Assembly (NCBI RefSeq): GCF_026210795.1
Contig: NC_089434.1
Coordinates: 434,001 to 498,000 of the forward strand
DNA: 64,000 nucleotides
Source: Rhizophagus irregularis
Taxonomy: Eukaryota
Reading direction: 5' to 3'
The position numbers were made by a program, and so were the translations under genes. The notes beneath the pieces are model-generated. The model saw only the letters and a list, made by a program, of their open reading frames with translations, was not told where the DNA came from and made no database searches. Below, one piece after another: positions 1 to 13,983 of the stretch (position 1 is the first letter of the stretch; every line of letters starts with the position of its first letter).

Positions 1-796
1 AAAAAATAAGAAATTTTAAACTATCGCGTACAATGTAGCATGAAGAATCACCAAATTACTATAGAAAAATAACTATAAAATAAGAATATATTAAAAATTA
101 ATAAATATAATAAAATAAGTTTTGCTCTTTTATAGAAACTAATTTTTTTTTTTAAAAAAAAAGAAAAGGCCACTTACGATAGTAAATACAGTTTTTTTTG
201 CATTTTGCGCAAAATCTGACTGAATAACCATTATTATAAGCTTAGAAAAACTTTTTCTTCTCATAATTTTACATATATTACTACTGTTAAAACTATAAAT
301 TTCTTCCTATCTCAACTTAGATATTGAAAAAAAGCTAGTTTTTAAAGCGATTTCAGTTTTCAGTACTTGTGAAAAAAATTTTTTATTTAACAAAAATGTG
401 CAAAATGTTCCGATTAATGTTGCACAAAATTGGTTAATATGAAAATGATCTGCGTGTGACATTTCCGGTGACTGATATAAAAAAATTTTTAGTCGACATT
501 ATCTCTTTCCTATATGATGATGTTTTTAAAGAACAAAACGTAAATTTATAATGAAATAGTGCAATTTTTGTAATGTCCAAGAAAAATATCGAGAAAAAAT
601 ATATAACTACTGATAAAACTTAATAAATTTACAATCGTTTTTAATAAATCTCGATATAGTGGTTGATCTGCCAATTCTGCCATGGCGTAATATTTTGTTA
701 CACCTAACCGCTAATTTAATCAAATGCCGATCACGAAAATGAACCTTCTTTTCTACAAATTTCTTAGTTTATAAAAAGATAATATAAAATTGCATT

Positions 797-2894
797 ATGT
801 CTAATATTCGAAAAGAAGTAGTTAATGCAGCACTTAATAGAACATTTGCATTATTAGATACTACTATTCATAATAATATACATAAACATTTTGAATTTCG
901 AAAACAAACACTTCTTGCTGATAAATCTCTTACAGAAGATGAAAAAACTGAGGCAATAAAAAAAATAACTGAAACTTATGATAGAACTAAAATTCTTCAT
1001 AATTCAGGAACAAAAAGAATTTGTGAGAATTGTAATCAAGAATGTTTGGCTACATTATTTTGTGAATATTGTGTTCGAAATTATTTAAAAGCAAATTTTT
1101 CAAATTGGACGTCTGGAAATGATAATATTGATAACTTAATACAAAAATGTCAATCAGAAACACTCTTTACGAATAAGATAATTGAATGGATACCATATAA
1201 TAATTTACAAAATATTAGTTACCTAACAGAAGGTGGATTCTCTAAAGTTTATACAGCAAATTGGATTGATGGAAGATATAAAGTATGGAATTCTAAAGAA
1301 CAGGAATTAGAAAGATCTGATCGTAATTTAAATGTAATACTTAAAAGATTAGAAAATATTAATGCAAATCAAAGTTGGTTTGAAGAGGTTTGTATTTCAA
1401 AAATGTATAATTAGAAGTTCTTAATATAAAAATTTTTTAATAAATTGTTTTTTTTTTATAGGCTAAATCACACTTAACTGTAAGTAGTAAATGGCCACGT
1501 GTTGTTGACTGTTATGGTTTAACACAAGATCCGTCAAATGGAAATTTCATGCTTGTATTAAATAAAATGGATGTAAATTTAAGAGAATATTTACAACAAA
1601 ATCATAATCAACTTACATGGAAAGAAAGGATTCAAATTACAACTGATATAATTTATGCACTTGGTGATATTCATGAGGAGAATGCAATTCATAGAGATTT
1701 GCATTCTGGAAATATATTATATAAAAAAAGAAATCAGGATTGGTATATTAGTGATTTTGGATTTTGTGGCCCTGCAGACAAACCATTAAAAAGTATATAT
1801 GGAAATCTTCCTTATATAGCACCTGAGGTTATTGCTGGAAAACAGGCTACAAAAGCATCTGATATTTATAGTTTTGCTATGCTTATGTGGGAAATTTCAT
1901 CTGGACAACCACCATTTCTTAATTGCAAACATGATTGTGATCTTATATTGAATATTATTAATGGAATAAGACCAAGAATAGTATCAGGAACCCCTTTAGA
2001 ATACGAAAGTTTAATGAAACAATGTTGGGATGCTGATCCATTAAAAAGACCTGACGCTTATACACTGTATAAAAAAATGGATGAAATTAATTTATATTAT
2101 CAGAAAAAATCAGATGAACCAACTCAATTGGAAATAAATAAAAATTTTGAAATAAATAAAACAAGTAGTTTTAAAACAAACTACGCTAATAGCAGATTAT
2201 ATGCAAGTAAAGTTCATCAATTTGAATTTTTTTCTGAACCGAAAAATGCAACAGAAGGTATTAATCATATACTTATCATTATTTATGAAATTAAAAATAT
2301 ATTAATATTGTAAAATTTATATTTTTTCAAAATTTTCAATTATAATAATAGAAGAACAAGAAGGTATGAATGAACAATTTTTATTTGTAAGTTATTCACT
2401 TATAATATCTAATAATTTTAGTTCTTTGTAGCATTTTATAGTAAATCATATGATGAGTTTCAAATTCCTGATAATAGTAAGTGTCCATTATGATATAATA
2501 TTCATTAATCATTTTACTAATTGAATTTTGCTTTATAGTTGATGATTTTAATAATTCAAGTTATTGGAAAAATAATAGTACATCAAAAATGAGTAGTATT
2601 TTTAAAGGTACTAATTTTACTAATATTAGATCTTTAAAATTACAAATAAGTATTAATTTATGCCTTGAACTTTTATAGCTAATAGTAAAGATGCTCAAAT
2701 TGATAATAAAATTGAAACTATGCAACAACAGATTAAGAATATCAATCTCGAAGGTATTTGCATATTAAATCATATCAATTCAATAATATCATAATTTCTA
2801 ATTTATTTATCTTACAGACGAAAATGAAATACATAATAATCCAAATCTTCATTCAGAAGAACAAGTTAAATCGGAAATTCCTGATATTATTTAA
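797..2894 (+). CDS. TKL-family protein kinase (expanded Glomeromycotina family), 7 exons: 797-1387, 1462-2257, 2352-2363, 2432-2476, 2539-2607, 2679-2753, 2818-2894
   Basis: N-terminal CxxC-x7-CxxC, then WTSGN, EGGFSKVY (Gly-rich loop), HRDLHSGN, DFG, YIAPE, SDIYS and CWDADP motifs. GT-AG introns join the ORFs in frame. The C-terminal exons are short and phase 1-1. Confidence 0.9.
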
Positions 2895-2988
2895 TTTTTT
2901 AAATTTTACATGATGTTAAATTACTAAATTTTTATAGATTTTAGTTTCTTTGAATTTATTTTATATTTTTATAATTTTTTCTGAATAG

Positions 2989-3054
2989 TTTAAACACTGA
3001 GATTAGAGTAGTAAGATAAAATTCTTAGCAATGTTTCTTAGTTTGTAATTTAAA
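2989..3054 (+). promoter_or_regulatory. Conserved kinase 3'-flank stem-loop motif (copy 1)
   Basis: TTTAAACACT(A/G)AG...GTAGTAA...CTTAGTTTGTAATTTAAA, which recurs downstream of the other kinase genes. Confidence 0.6.
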
Positions 3055-4189
3055 TTATTCATTCAATTTAGTTATCATATAAATTAACTTTAAATAAATT
3101 TTCTTTATGCAATACTTATAAAATTCAAAATTAAAGTCAATTCGGTAGTCTACTATATAATATGTTCTTTTAACATAAATATAAATTGTTTGATGAAATT
3201 GACTAAACTGTTTCAATGTCTAAAATTTATGATTCACAACGATATGTACTAATATAAATTTTTACAATGAGCCCTTAAATTTATTATATAATAAGCCTTT
3301 TCATATTGCAAACTTAAAATACAGAATATTAATTGCTCTTTACAAACGCCTGGAAAATGGCGTTTCTTTTATATTTTATGTTAAAGGGTTGATCATCTAT
3401 TTGACATGCGTTTATTATATTTTTTCTAAAAATTTTAAAACGAGTAATGCATTTTAATAATGCTACTCTCAACATCAAAATTTTTTTTTTTAAAAAAAAA
3501 GCCATAAAGTATTAAGCATGAGCGAGATCAATCTTGAAAATGGAATTATTTAATATTTACCAGACAAATTAATTTTTTTTTCTATATTTCATGATATTAT
3601 TTATAATAATGGACATTAATTTAATCATAATTCACTACAGTACTACAATTGCATGTCGTTATTTTTTTTTGACTGCAGTCTCAAATGACCTAAGTTAAAT
3701 TTTTTTTAAAAAAATATCTTTAAATTTTGATAATATAGTATCATAATATTACTTTTACCTTACGGAGATAAAATAAATAATACAACTATCATAAACAAAG
3801 AAAGAAATATATATATTATATCTTTAACTAAATTACAAAATTTATCGATTTTGAAAGTATCGAATGCAAAAACTATAAAGTTATTGTACGCATAAATCTT
3901 AGTTGTTAAAGTAATTAATAATGTATGAAATGAATTGTGACATACAACATCAAATTACATATGGAAACAAAGATTTTTAGACCGAATTGGTGAATATATA
4001 ATTATTAAACTAAAAAAAACGGCTGAAATTGAAATTCATTTACTAGTTGTCCCCTACGAAAAATGCCTAAAGTTTAATATTTAGTATATTTAGTGAGAAT
4101 AGCTAATTTATAATATAAAAAATTAGTCATAAATATCGCTACTCTAACAAGTATGTATAATGTGTAATAATAAAAATAAAATCATGTTA

Positions 4190-5239
4190 CAGTTCATCCT
4201 CGATATAGAATCCCCTCGGGCTGGAGATTAAAATTCATTATACACAGTGAAATTCGATAAACCGGATCTTCGATAAACCGGATTTGGGCCTAAACCGGAC
4301 TTTTTTGCTGGAACCAAATCACGTATATTAAAATAGGTTCGATATATCAGTGTTTACTAGTAAAAGCTCGATATTCGCTATAACGGATCAATTTTCTAAT
4401 CAGCTATAGTAAAAATGATTTGATAAACCAGATCACGTGACTGGGAACCAATAAAATTTAAGTAACGTGATGTGGTAAATCTTAAATTTGGCCGGAATTA
4501 TAAAAATCTTAATTCCGGCTGAAGTTATGTATTACTTATATATTCAATTAAAATATTTTATATTCATTTTCATGACCTCTATGACTTAAAACTAGATGAA
4601 AAAATCAAATTATAGTGTATATTAGTTTTATTAGCATGAAAATTTTTTAAAAATTCAATATAATAGATTTTCAATATATCAAAATTTTTTCGCTAAACCG
4701 GATATCCCGATAAACCGGATATTTTTAGTGGAACCGATAGATCCGGTTTATCGAATTTCACTGTGTACTAGTGAGGAATTCACTATAGAAAATAGCGAAT
4801 AAAGATAAAATTTTCACTATATCAAAATTTATTATAATCACGCGACTTACGTATATTTTCTTTATTTTTTATTGACTAAAAAATAGTAGGACAAATTGAT
4901 ATAGCAAAAAACCTGACATTCTTCTTTGTAATCATAAAAGCATAACTCAGAATTTTACATTGTAAAAATTTTGCGTATAACAAATATCATGTGATAAAAA
5001 TTTATTAATGATCTGTGTAACTCCTTAAAAATTCGCTATAGTGAAAATCTTCATTATAGCTAGGGTCATTTTATTATATTTGTTCTGACATTTAAATTCG
5101 AATTACAAAGTACAGAGGTTTTAATATAAAAATTCACTATATCAAAAATTATTGATTATAAAAAAATGTGTACTGGAGCTTTTCTTCATTATAGAAAGTT
5201 ATTCACTATACAAAAATTCGTTATAGTAAGGGTGAACTG
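4190..5239. mobile_element. Tc1/pogo-like non-autonomous DNA transposon (MITE)
   Basis: Imperfect TIRs CAGTTCATCCTCGATATAG / TTATAGTAAGGGTGAACTG, flanked by TA on both sides. Confidence 0.7.
4243..4765. mobile_element. Tc1/pogo-like MITE nested inside the previous element
   Basis: Perfect ~27-bp TIRs CACAGTGAAATTCGATAAACCGGATCT, TA on both sides, internal AAACCGGA subterminal repeats. Confidence 0.85.
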
Positions 5240-5956
5240 TATACTATAGTACTGCAGCGTCAATCTGATAACCTAATCCCAATCCTAATTTCTTTATACA
5301 CCAATAAATATTGCAAAAGAATATACTTGACAAAAAAATTTTTTTTTATTTTTTATAATAAAATAAAGAAAATTCATGTTTTTCTTGATTTTTGAGCAAA
5401 TTAGCTGCTACACCCTTGCTTTTATAAATAAACAAATAATATAAACCTAAAAATTTATTTTCATCAAAATTAAAAAAAAAATGCTATTTATATATTTATT
5501 TAGTTTCAATACAAAAAAAATTAACTATGGGGACATACGGCACGGCATAATGCTAGTTACCACATTAATGTAACACACCATGCATTTTTGTGCGGGTGCA
5601 CAGGAAAAAAAACTAAAATAATCTTTAAATTATAATTATATAAAAAGATTTATGTTTGCTTTCACATTTTATACTTTTATTCTTCTGTTTTAAAAACTTT
5701 TTATAATGGTTAAAGAAATTTTTGTTTGTAAATAAATATTTCGCGTATGTTTTTTAGTCTATATGAAGCTTTATAAGGAATTGAGGATTTTTTTCTATTT
5801 TAATAAAAGAAGCAATAAAAAAATTTTTTAACATTGAACAGAACTTGTATACACATATGATTAGTAATTTTTACAGTCACTTTCAAAATAAACAAACAAA
5901 ATTAATTTTATAAACGAAAACAAATTTTTATAAATAAAAAATTTTCCGTGCCTTTT

Positions 5957-6251
5957 CCCTATAAAAAAAGAAAATTCGGAATTTGTCCTGAAAAGTATGG
6001 AAAATGTCCGGAAATTTTCCGTGCGTCCGGAAAACATTCGGAAACGGTCACGTTTTGGAACATTTTCCGGACGCACAAATTCCAGACATTTTCTTGACAC
6101 TCCAGAATTTGTCCGGAATTTGTCCAGAATCGAGCGTCCGGAAAATGTTCCAAAACGTGACCGTTTCCGAATGTTTTCCGGACGCACGGAAAATTTCCGG
6201 ACATTTTCCATACTTTTCAGGACAAATTCCGAATTTTCTTTTTTTATAGGG
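5957..6251. mobile_element. CMC/CACTA-like foldback MITE
   Basis: About 118-bp essentially perfect TIRs starting CCCTATAAAAA, with a 3-bp TSD (TTT). Same termini as 46250-46631. Confidence 0.8.
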
Positions 6252-6321
6252 TTTATATAAGGGGAGTAACGTAAATTGACCTAAAATAGTAATTTTACGT
6301 TACTTACTTAGCCAATTTCCG

Positions 6322-6551
6322 TTACTTACTTTCTATATATTCCTTTTTCGGCACTTTTTCTTTTTTGTAGTGTTGTCCAATACCATAGCTTGGTTCACCT
6401 GGTGGGGTGTACGTAGGACAAATAGGCTCTTCATCTCTTTTTTCAATGGTTCTTGTAGAAATATAATCTCTTTTTCAATAGTTCTTGTAGGAGCTGCTTG
6501 GGAAATAACGACAAGTGACAAGAGGATTGCGAGAAGCAAATATAATTTCAT
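6322..6551 (-). CDS. Small secreted peptide precursor with repeated TRTIEKR units; apparent 1-nt homopolymer frameshift
   Basis: Signal-peptide-like MKLYLLLAILLSLVVISQA. Two direct repeats CTACAAGAAC(T/C)ATTGA(5/6)GAGAT. Restoring one A in the first repeat gives ...TRTIEKRDYISTRTIEKRDEEPICPTYTPPGEPSYGIGQHYKKEKVPKKEYIESK*. Confidence 0.6.
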
Positions 6552-7189
6552 GATTTCATTTCTTAAAAGAGAAGGAAGTATTTTATGGTATAGGATTTTG
6601 AAAGTTGTTCAAGTAAAAAGATTGAAAGTTTTATATAGATTAATGTATTTATTCTTTTATTTTTTTGATAAAATATTTAGAATGAAGCTGGAAATGCGGT
6701 AAAAATCCGAGAATATTTATATTGTTGAATTGAGTGATCTAATGATCATTGAGCATTTTTTTCTATTGCCATAATCAGATATTTCCAATAATTAGTTTTA
6801 TTGTATATGTCATATGTAAGCACTGGACATTTTTCACGTAATATTCTACTTCAGAATTGGCCGATTGCCATTTTGATCACAAAAACTAAAACCAATTAAA
6901 ATTTGCGATTAAAGTAGTTCGACGATTAATTGACCGTCGATTCAAAATGACCTACGTTCACGTTAATCACGTTAATCGGTTAGTTGATCATTAGATCATT
7001 ATACAGTTAAAAATTTATTGGTCAAAATTTTTAGTATAACCGATCAAAAATCACGATCAATCAATACTGAAGTAGACTAGTGATACGACCACTTTATATA
7101 ATCAATAAGATACATGCAGTTGCTTACGTCAGACATCTCCAATAATAATTACTTATTTGATTAATTCGATTTTGCCATATGATTATTAA

Positions 7190-8130
7190 TTATTGTTGAA
7201 ATTTTCTTTTTGAATTTCGCCGTCAGGAATTTTGACTTTTATGGATAATTTAAGGATTGCATCGGTCTTTATAGAAAAAAAATACCCCGAAATTCTTGTA
7301 TTTGATTAATTTGCTGTCTTTTAACTTCACTTTTATCACATCTAGTATATGGTATGCCTGAATCATCTTGAATATTTTTAATCTTTAATAATTTTTTGTC
7401 ATGTCTTTTTTCACTAAAAAAAATTAAATTAGTAGTTACAAAAATAAAAAATAATATAATAAATAATATAAATAGTTAAATATATTACCATAAAATAGCT
7501 GACATTAAGTTTAATTGTTTTCCTTCTCTATTAATTAAAGCGTGGGCTGATTCTGCTATATTGGTATAATTTCCATATTTTCCCCAAATGTGACGCTCCA
7601 TTTTGGACATATTAATATTTAAAGAAGAAATAATCCGAGTCTTATAATATTTTGCCCAATCTAGATAATATGAAAACAACAAATAGTTTTTTAAAAAAAT
7701 GGTTAGTTTTAAAATTATTTTTAGTTTATTTTACCTTTAGCACCTGATGACTTGAATCTGTCCAATCTGCAACATGAAATATAGTGGCAACACCTTCTGG
7801 TGAAGTTTCCCAAACAAGGGTATGTCTTTACACGCCCGTTGATGGATACTCTATAGGCACATTAGAATGATGATGTTTTTTATATGAAAACGAGATATAA
7901 AACTAGCGATTTCTGAGACTTCTTCATCTTTATCATTATTTAATTCTTCTCTTAGGTTCAATTTCAGATAATTCCTAATAATAAATTAACTTTAGTATAA
8001 ACTATAAAACCAAGGAATATAAATCATAATAATTATACAAACCTGTTCAAATTCAGGATTTAATAATTCAATTGGAAAGTCCTCAAAATCGGATATATTA
8101 TTTACAATTATTTTTTCTTCTTCAAAGTTT
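7190..8130 (-). pseudogene. Degraded fragment of a multicopy, probably transposon-associated gene
   Basis: Coding-like pieces (ETSPEGVATIFHV; WAKYY..SSLN..MSKM..NIAESAHALINREGKQLNLMSAIL) separated by GT-AG introns and apparently internally deleted. The family assignment is from memory and unverified. Confidence 0.4.
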
Positions 8131-9415
8131 ATGACAAATATATAATAAACAAAACGTTAAAATCACGATGTAAAATTATTAGTACGGAAAATCAGTCTGA
8201 GTACGGAAAAATTAAAAAATTTTTTTCGAACGTCTGTCCAAATTTGTATTATCATACAGTACTATTTTACTATATATTCTGTTTTAAAACTACACGATGA
8301 TTATTCATGGTGTCATAAAATAAAGATACACACTAATACAATCGAGAATTATTTATACAGAGTACTCTAAACGTACGATGATCGTAATTAATGATTTTAA
8401 AGAAAAAATTTCATATTAAATAAAAAATTATTTTCAATAAAAATTATTATAAAAAATAAAATTATTATTAAAAAAATGTCATGTCAAATAAAATTATTGT
8501 CAAATAAAAATTATTGCTTAATTAATTAATAAAAGTAATAATAAATATTTTAATATGAATGAAATTATGTTGGTATCAAAATATCCCATTAATCAATTTA
8601 AAATCCTTTATTTAGATAAATTTCCTTTTTTTTTTAATACAAATTATAAAAAAAGAAAATAATTTTAATTCTAAATAATACAATGCTTGGTCGTTTAAAC
8701 CCAGATATTCGGTAAGTTGCTATAAAAAGAAATTTGATTTCTGTTTATGAAAATCATGGACCACGACATGAAAAGGAGACATGTTTTAGGAGTGACATTG
8801 TTTTTACATTTACACGGCACTGTCGGGCCGGTCGGCAAACTGTAGATTGAAGTAAGTGTGCAACCCATTCATGTGATTTAAATAAAAAGAACAAAAAATG
8901 CATTTTTTTTATATGCAAAATAAATTTAATTGAGCATATTTATAAAAATAAATTATTATTAATTTGTAATAAGATTTAAAAATATGATAAATGTCATATT
9001 TAAATTTTAATTTTATATTATTATTGTGTCAATCTTTAATTAGTGATCGATTAAATTAGGTTTCAATATAGTATAAATGGATATCTATATTATTACATTT
9101 AAATAAAATTTAACTTAAAAATTTGAATGTAAATTAATTTACGAATTTACGAATTAAGTATAGTTACTAGACTGCAGTATATCGAAAATGAACTTGATAA
9201 AAATCCATAGATTATGACCTTATTTTAGTTAATATAGTTATGACATTAAATATTGCTAACTAAGACTCCAAGGACGCATCGAAAACTCGAACGTAATCAA
9301 AATTAAATTACTTTTAGTCATCTTATATCTATTATTTTATTGATACGTATAATATGATTCACTATTAAACCAATATACGTTGTTATCGCGACTAACCTGT
9401 GAGAATAGGTACCAG

Positions 9416-9645
9416 AGGACCCAGAAATATATATAAGGGTCAGGTTTGAGCTTGCGTATTCTGAACTAAAAAAAAATCATGAAAATCTTTCCTTTTTTAA
9501 ATAATTTTGATAATGCCAGTCAGAATTTTATTTCCTATTATAGTAACTACTGACATTATCATAATTCCGGCCCTGAAAAAATGCGTACAGCTCAGTAAAA
9601 ATTTTTTTTTTTCATCATCTGACCCTATATTTATTTCTGGGTCCT
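9416..9645. mobile_element. MITE with 8-bp TSD (superfamily uncertain)
   Basis: TIRs AGGACCCAGAAATA..AGGGTCAG / CTGACCCTA..TATTTCTGGGTCCT. TSD GGTACCAG on both sides. Related copy at 41107-41320. Confidence 0.8.
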
Positions 9646-9900
9646 GGTACCAGACTTCCCATTCTTTTATTTTTTCAGACCGATGTAACTAGCGCTTTTT
9701 TTAAAAAATAGTAGTAAACGGGAAAAAATAGAAACAATTCTTAAAAGCATGTTATATCATGATGAACGCATCAAGCTTTTAACAAATTTCAATGAAGTAA
9801 TAAATCATAATGACTACGAAAGAGATTTTCAAAGTCCGGTTACAATTTCATGATCGCATGATATCTAAGATTGAATTTCGGAATCTCTCATTGTTACTAA

Positions 9901-10208
9901 GGCCACGCAAATTCAATTTTTCGGTTCACGTAACATTGAAATTTAAAATTGACCTGGGGACCCGGAGTTTATTGTTTATTAATAAAAAAAGTTTATATAT
10001 AAAATCGTGACATCTGATTGGTTGACTTTTAAAGGGGAAAGATTTTATTTTCGCTCCAGAAGTTCTCAGCCACGTGATAAACTTACCCGCCAATAAAATT
10101 ACGTATTGATCACGTGATAAACTTTTTATATATAAACTTTTTATTATTGAAATTTGAAAAAGTGACCCGGCCGGGTGAAGTGAACCGAAAAATCGAATTT
10201 GTGTGGCC
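9901..10208. mobile_element. PIF/Harbinger (Tourist-like) MITE
   Basis: About 29-bp TIRs GGCCACGCAAATTCAATTTTTCGGTTCAC / GTGAACCGAAAAATCGAATTTGTGTGGCC, with TAA TSD. Confidence 0.8.
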
Positions 10209-10693
10209 TAATAGATCATCTTTCTAAGGATTACTCAACGTTTGAGTTAACGTTACCTGAAAATGTTATCACGAAAGTTTGTATATCTTTAAATTTACAA
10301 TTAATAAAATAATTATAAAAATTCATTAGATTATAAATTATAAGTGTGTTAATTACATCTAAGTTATATCCATAAATATCCTATTATTATATGAATAGCG
10401 GTGAACCAACTTTAATAAGTCGAAATTTAGGCCATACTAGGAGTTAGTACACTACGACATATCATATTCACTAAGATAAATAACATTTACAAATCATTCA
10501 GAGTCAGCAAAACTTTCATCATGAACTTTGTTGATATTTGTGATAAATCACAATACTAATGCAAACAATGCAAACATCAATTCAATCTAATCTTTAGTAC
10601 AACGAATGATATTAAAAGAGGAATATTCTATCTTTCTCTCTCTAAATATGACAATGCTAACAAAGTAATGATAAAATTAATTTTAAGTTGGAT

Positions 10694-11480
10694 TAGTGCT
10701 CCTACCGGGTCAAGTCGGGTTGGGTTTTGAGGAAATATTCGACCCGATCTGAATAAAAAAATATAAGACTCGTATTTATTCGGGTCTCATATTTTCGTAA
10801 CCCAACCCTTGACTCAACTGAGTATAATTTAACTCATGTAACCCAGGTTAGACCCGAACATTTAAGTAAAATAGGTACTAACTTATATTATGTGAGATTT
10901 TCTTATAATAATAACAAAATTAATTTTTTTTTATTTGAAAAAAAGGCAACTTAGTGATTAACCACTAGTAGCCACCTAAAATTTGTATCATGAATGGTTA
11001 TACAAAACATGTAACACTAGCTCTTATTTTCTCCTAGACTAATTAAATAAAATACAATTAAAAATACGAATTTTGAACCTGGTTTAATATAATAAAAGTC
11101 AAAGAATTAGGCAAAATAATTAGCAGATATTCAAATCAAAGATAAATTGGAATTCTAAAGCTATCAGAAAAATATTATTCTCAAAAGCCAAAGGTTAATT
11201 TTTTTTATTTTTCTGATTAAGCTATGTTAATATTTGTTAAAACTAATTATTGGCTTAATTTTGGCAAAAATTATAATTTTGCCAGAATTAAAAACATCCG
11301 GGTCGATCTGGGTCAAACCCGGGTCAAACCCGAGTCAAGGAAATTTATAACCCGACCCGGCGGGTCGGGTCATGCGGGTCATGCAGGTCACGGGTCATTA
11401 AAAATCGTTAGTACTGACCCGATTTAAAAGTCGAGTCAGGTCAAATTAACCCGGGTCGACTCGTATCATTCGGAGCACTA
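10694..11480. mobile_element. Non-autonomous hAT transposon
   Basis: TAGTGCTCC...GGAGCACTA termini, 8-bp TSD AGTTGGAT, and subterminal ACCCG/CGGGT repeats. Confidence 0.9.
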
Positions 11481-12121
11481 AGTTGGATTATTATTTTATT
11501 AAAAAAGGATTTCATTTATAAAATTCGTTTATGTTTACTACGGAAAAACGATTTATATGAAATGATTGGTTTGTAACCATACCATATGCTCGCATTGTGA
11601 TCAAAATAGTATGTACGTCATTTACGTTAAAAGATTTTAAACCACATAATGTTAAACACTTTTAAAAGTTATAATAACGATTATAAAAAAAATTTTATTA
11701 ATATATATAAAAATAAAAATATATATATAATAAATAAGTCTTACGAAAAAAAAAATTAAATAATTAATTAATCTAAAAATTATATACACATTAAATTTTT
11801 TAAATAACCCAATTTTTTTTTTCTTAAATATTTGAATACTTAAAAAAAAATATTATTAATATTATCTAAATTTTCAATAATTATTTATTTATTTTTTTTT
11901 TAACTAAATTTATTTCTTTTTTTTTGATTACATGCAAAAATATTCCAAGTAATGTAACCTAAAATATTGAATATTAAATAAATTAATAATGAGTAATTTA
12001 GAATTACGTGATCTATATATGGTTGGTTAAAATTTGACAACATTTTCGCAAATTACCTGACGTTAAACTGTGTGAACTATAAATAATTTTAATTTGATTT
12101 ATGTAACAGAGTATATAGTAC

Positions 12122-12641
12122 GGTTACGGTACATTTCACCGAAGCCATTTCACTGAAGCCGAAGGGCATTTCGCCGCAAATAAAAATATTTATCGCGCAA
12201 TGAAAAGAGATTTTTTTTTCAGGATATTATCACTTTAACATTCAAGTAACTGATATTAATTGTTAGAGATAAATAAATGACTTTATTATATTTATTCACA
12301 AAAAGTAAGTAAAAAAAAGATTATTAATATATTTAAACAACGAGATAAATTTAATAAAAATCAGCTAATTCAAAATTTTTCTAGAAAATATTTCTTTATA
12401 TATTTAGTATAGAAACAATAAAATAACCAAATGGAATAAATACAGTAATTTTTTGGCGAAATTTCCCTTCGATAAAATGGCTTCGGCGAGGTGGAATTTG
12501 GTGAAATAGGGTATCGGTAAAATGGTATTTTGGTGAAACGTCCTTCGGCGAAATATCCCTTCGGTTAAATATCCCTTCGGCAAAATGGCTTCGGCGAAAT
12601 GGGCTTCGATGAAATGAACTTTAGCGAAAAGTCCGAATACC
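12122..12641. mobile_element. Non-autonomous MULE-like element
   Basis: GG...CC ends, inverted subterminal CATTTCRCCGAA repeats, and a near-perfect 9-bp TSD (ATATAGTAC / ATATAATAC). Confidence 0.7.
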
Positions 12642-13983
12642 ATATAATACTAGTAAGTGTTTTCGCAAATAAATCAAACAAATACTAGGGAACTTTATTT
12701 TTAATTGTTAAATATTTGTTGCTCATGAAAATTTATTGAGATAAAAGACGTTCTAAAATAGACAATGATATATGGATAACAGAAATTCTTTTTACAGTAT
12801 TGTGTTTTATATATTATTGAAAATATGTATAAAGTTTACATTACGTCAACCCTTTAAGTATTTTTTGTCATATACAGTATATGTACAAGGTTGCAAAATA
12901 ATTTAATTTTAAGGCAAAATTGTAATTTTTGGCCAAAAATTAAATGCAAAAATTATTGATGAAGAATAAAAAAAAAAAAATTATTTTGTATTACAGTATA
13001 TGTTGTGTCTGCTGTGATATTTGCTTTAAAGTAACTATCCTTGGCATAAGAATCCTAGATATATTTGATGCTAATCCTGGCCGAATTTTAATTCTGACTA
13101 GGATTGAGTTTTAACCGGTTAAGACTTTTTGGACCGGTTCCAACCTCTACTTTTGTTGTATTTTTTTGATTCGAGTAAATTTTGAATTGATGAATTGAAC
13201 TTTTATATAACCTACTTGTTTCAAATCACTTGTTTATCAAAAAAAAAAAAACTATACCTTTACGAAGTTGGTTGATCATCTACTGTATATAACTAAAAAA
13301 AATTTCCATATAAATAATTTGAATTGTGCAACATGATAACCCGTAAACCCGTGCCATAATATCGGGTCTGAAATTCTGTGATTTGGTCAGAATTATGCAA
13401 GTTCGGCCAACTTTACTATTCACAAATCCTGGCCAAGCTTAGCCAGCATTATGATGATTGCAAATCCTAAATCAGGCGAAAATTATCATCATTTTTATAA
13501 CCCTATTCTGCGTCCCTGTATAATATGAAAACCCGTGACATACTTGCGCCTGATCTATTCCTTATTTATTATTACATGAAAATTGTTACGTAATAATTTC
13601 TTTTCATTCAAACTTATTTTTTTTATTAAACCATATTACATCTTAAAAAAAAAATAATTATAATTCTACAGAAATTCTTCTCTTAGTTATGAACTTTTTT
13701 AGTAGAAATAATCAATTGAATGATTTCTTATAATCTTTCATGTTCATTATTCGCCACGTTATTTATTTAAAATACATCAATCATGTTTATATTGATTTTT
13801 TAAGTAAGACTACAAATTAATAGTCTATTGAATATATAATCAAGGTGTTATCTATTCATTAGTATGACAATCAAATTTGTTAAACTGAAAAAAAAAAGTA
13901 CGATAATATTTTCTTTTTTTGGTTATGAGGCGTAAAATACTACGCCTCAAGATCGCAAAATTTATGTGGGCACAACATGAAGT

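Noticed and set aside
5861..6260. Four near-identical ORFs on opposite strands
   Set aside because: Artefact of the palindromic MITE at 5957-6251.
12886..13518. Possible hAT-like element (CAAGGTTGCAAAATA / TATTCTGCGTCCCTG)
   Set aside because: TIRs are poorly matched and there is no convincing 8-bp TSD.
13926..13949. Hairpin TGAGGCGTA..TACGCCTCA upstream of kinase 2
   Set aside because: No CTRR terminus or second copy, so it cannot be assigned as a Helitron end or regulatory site.
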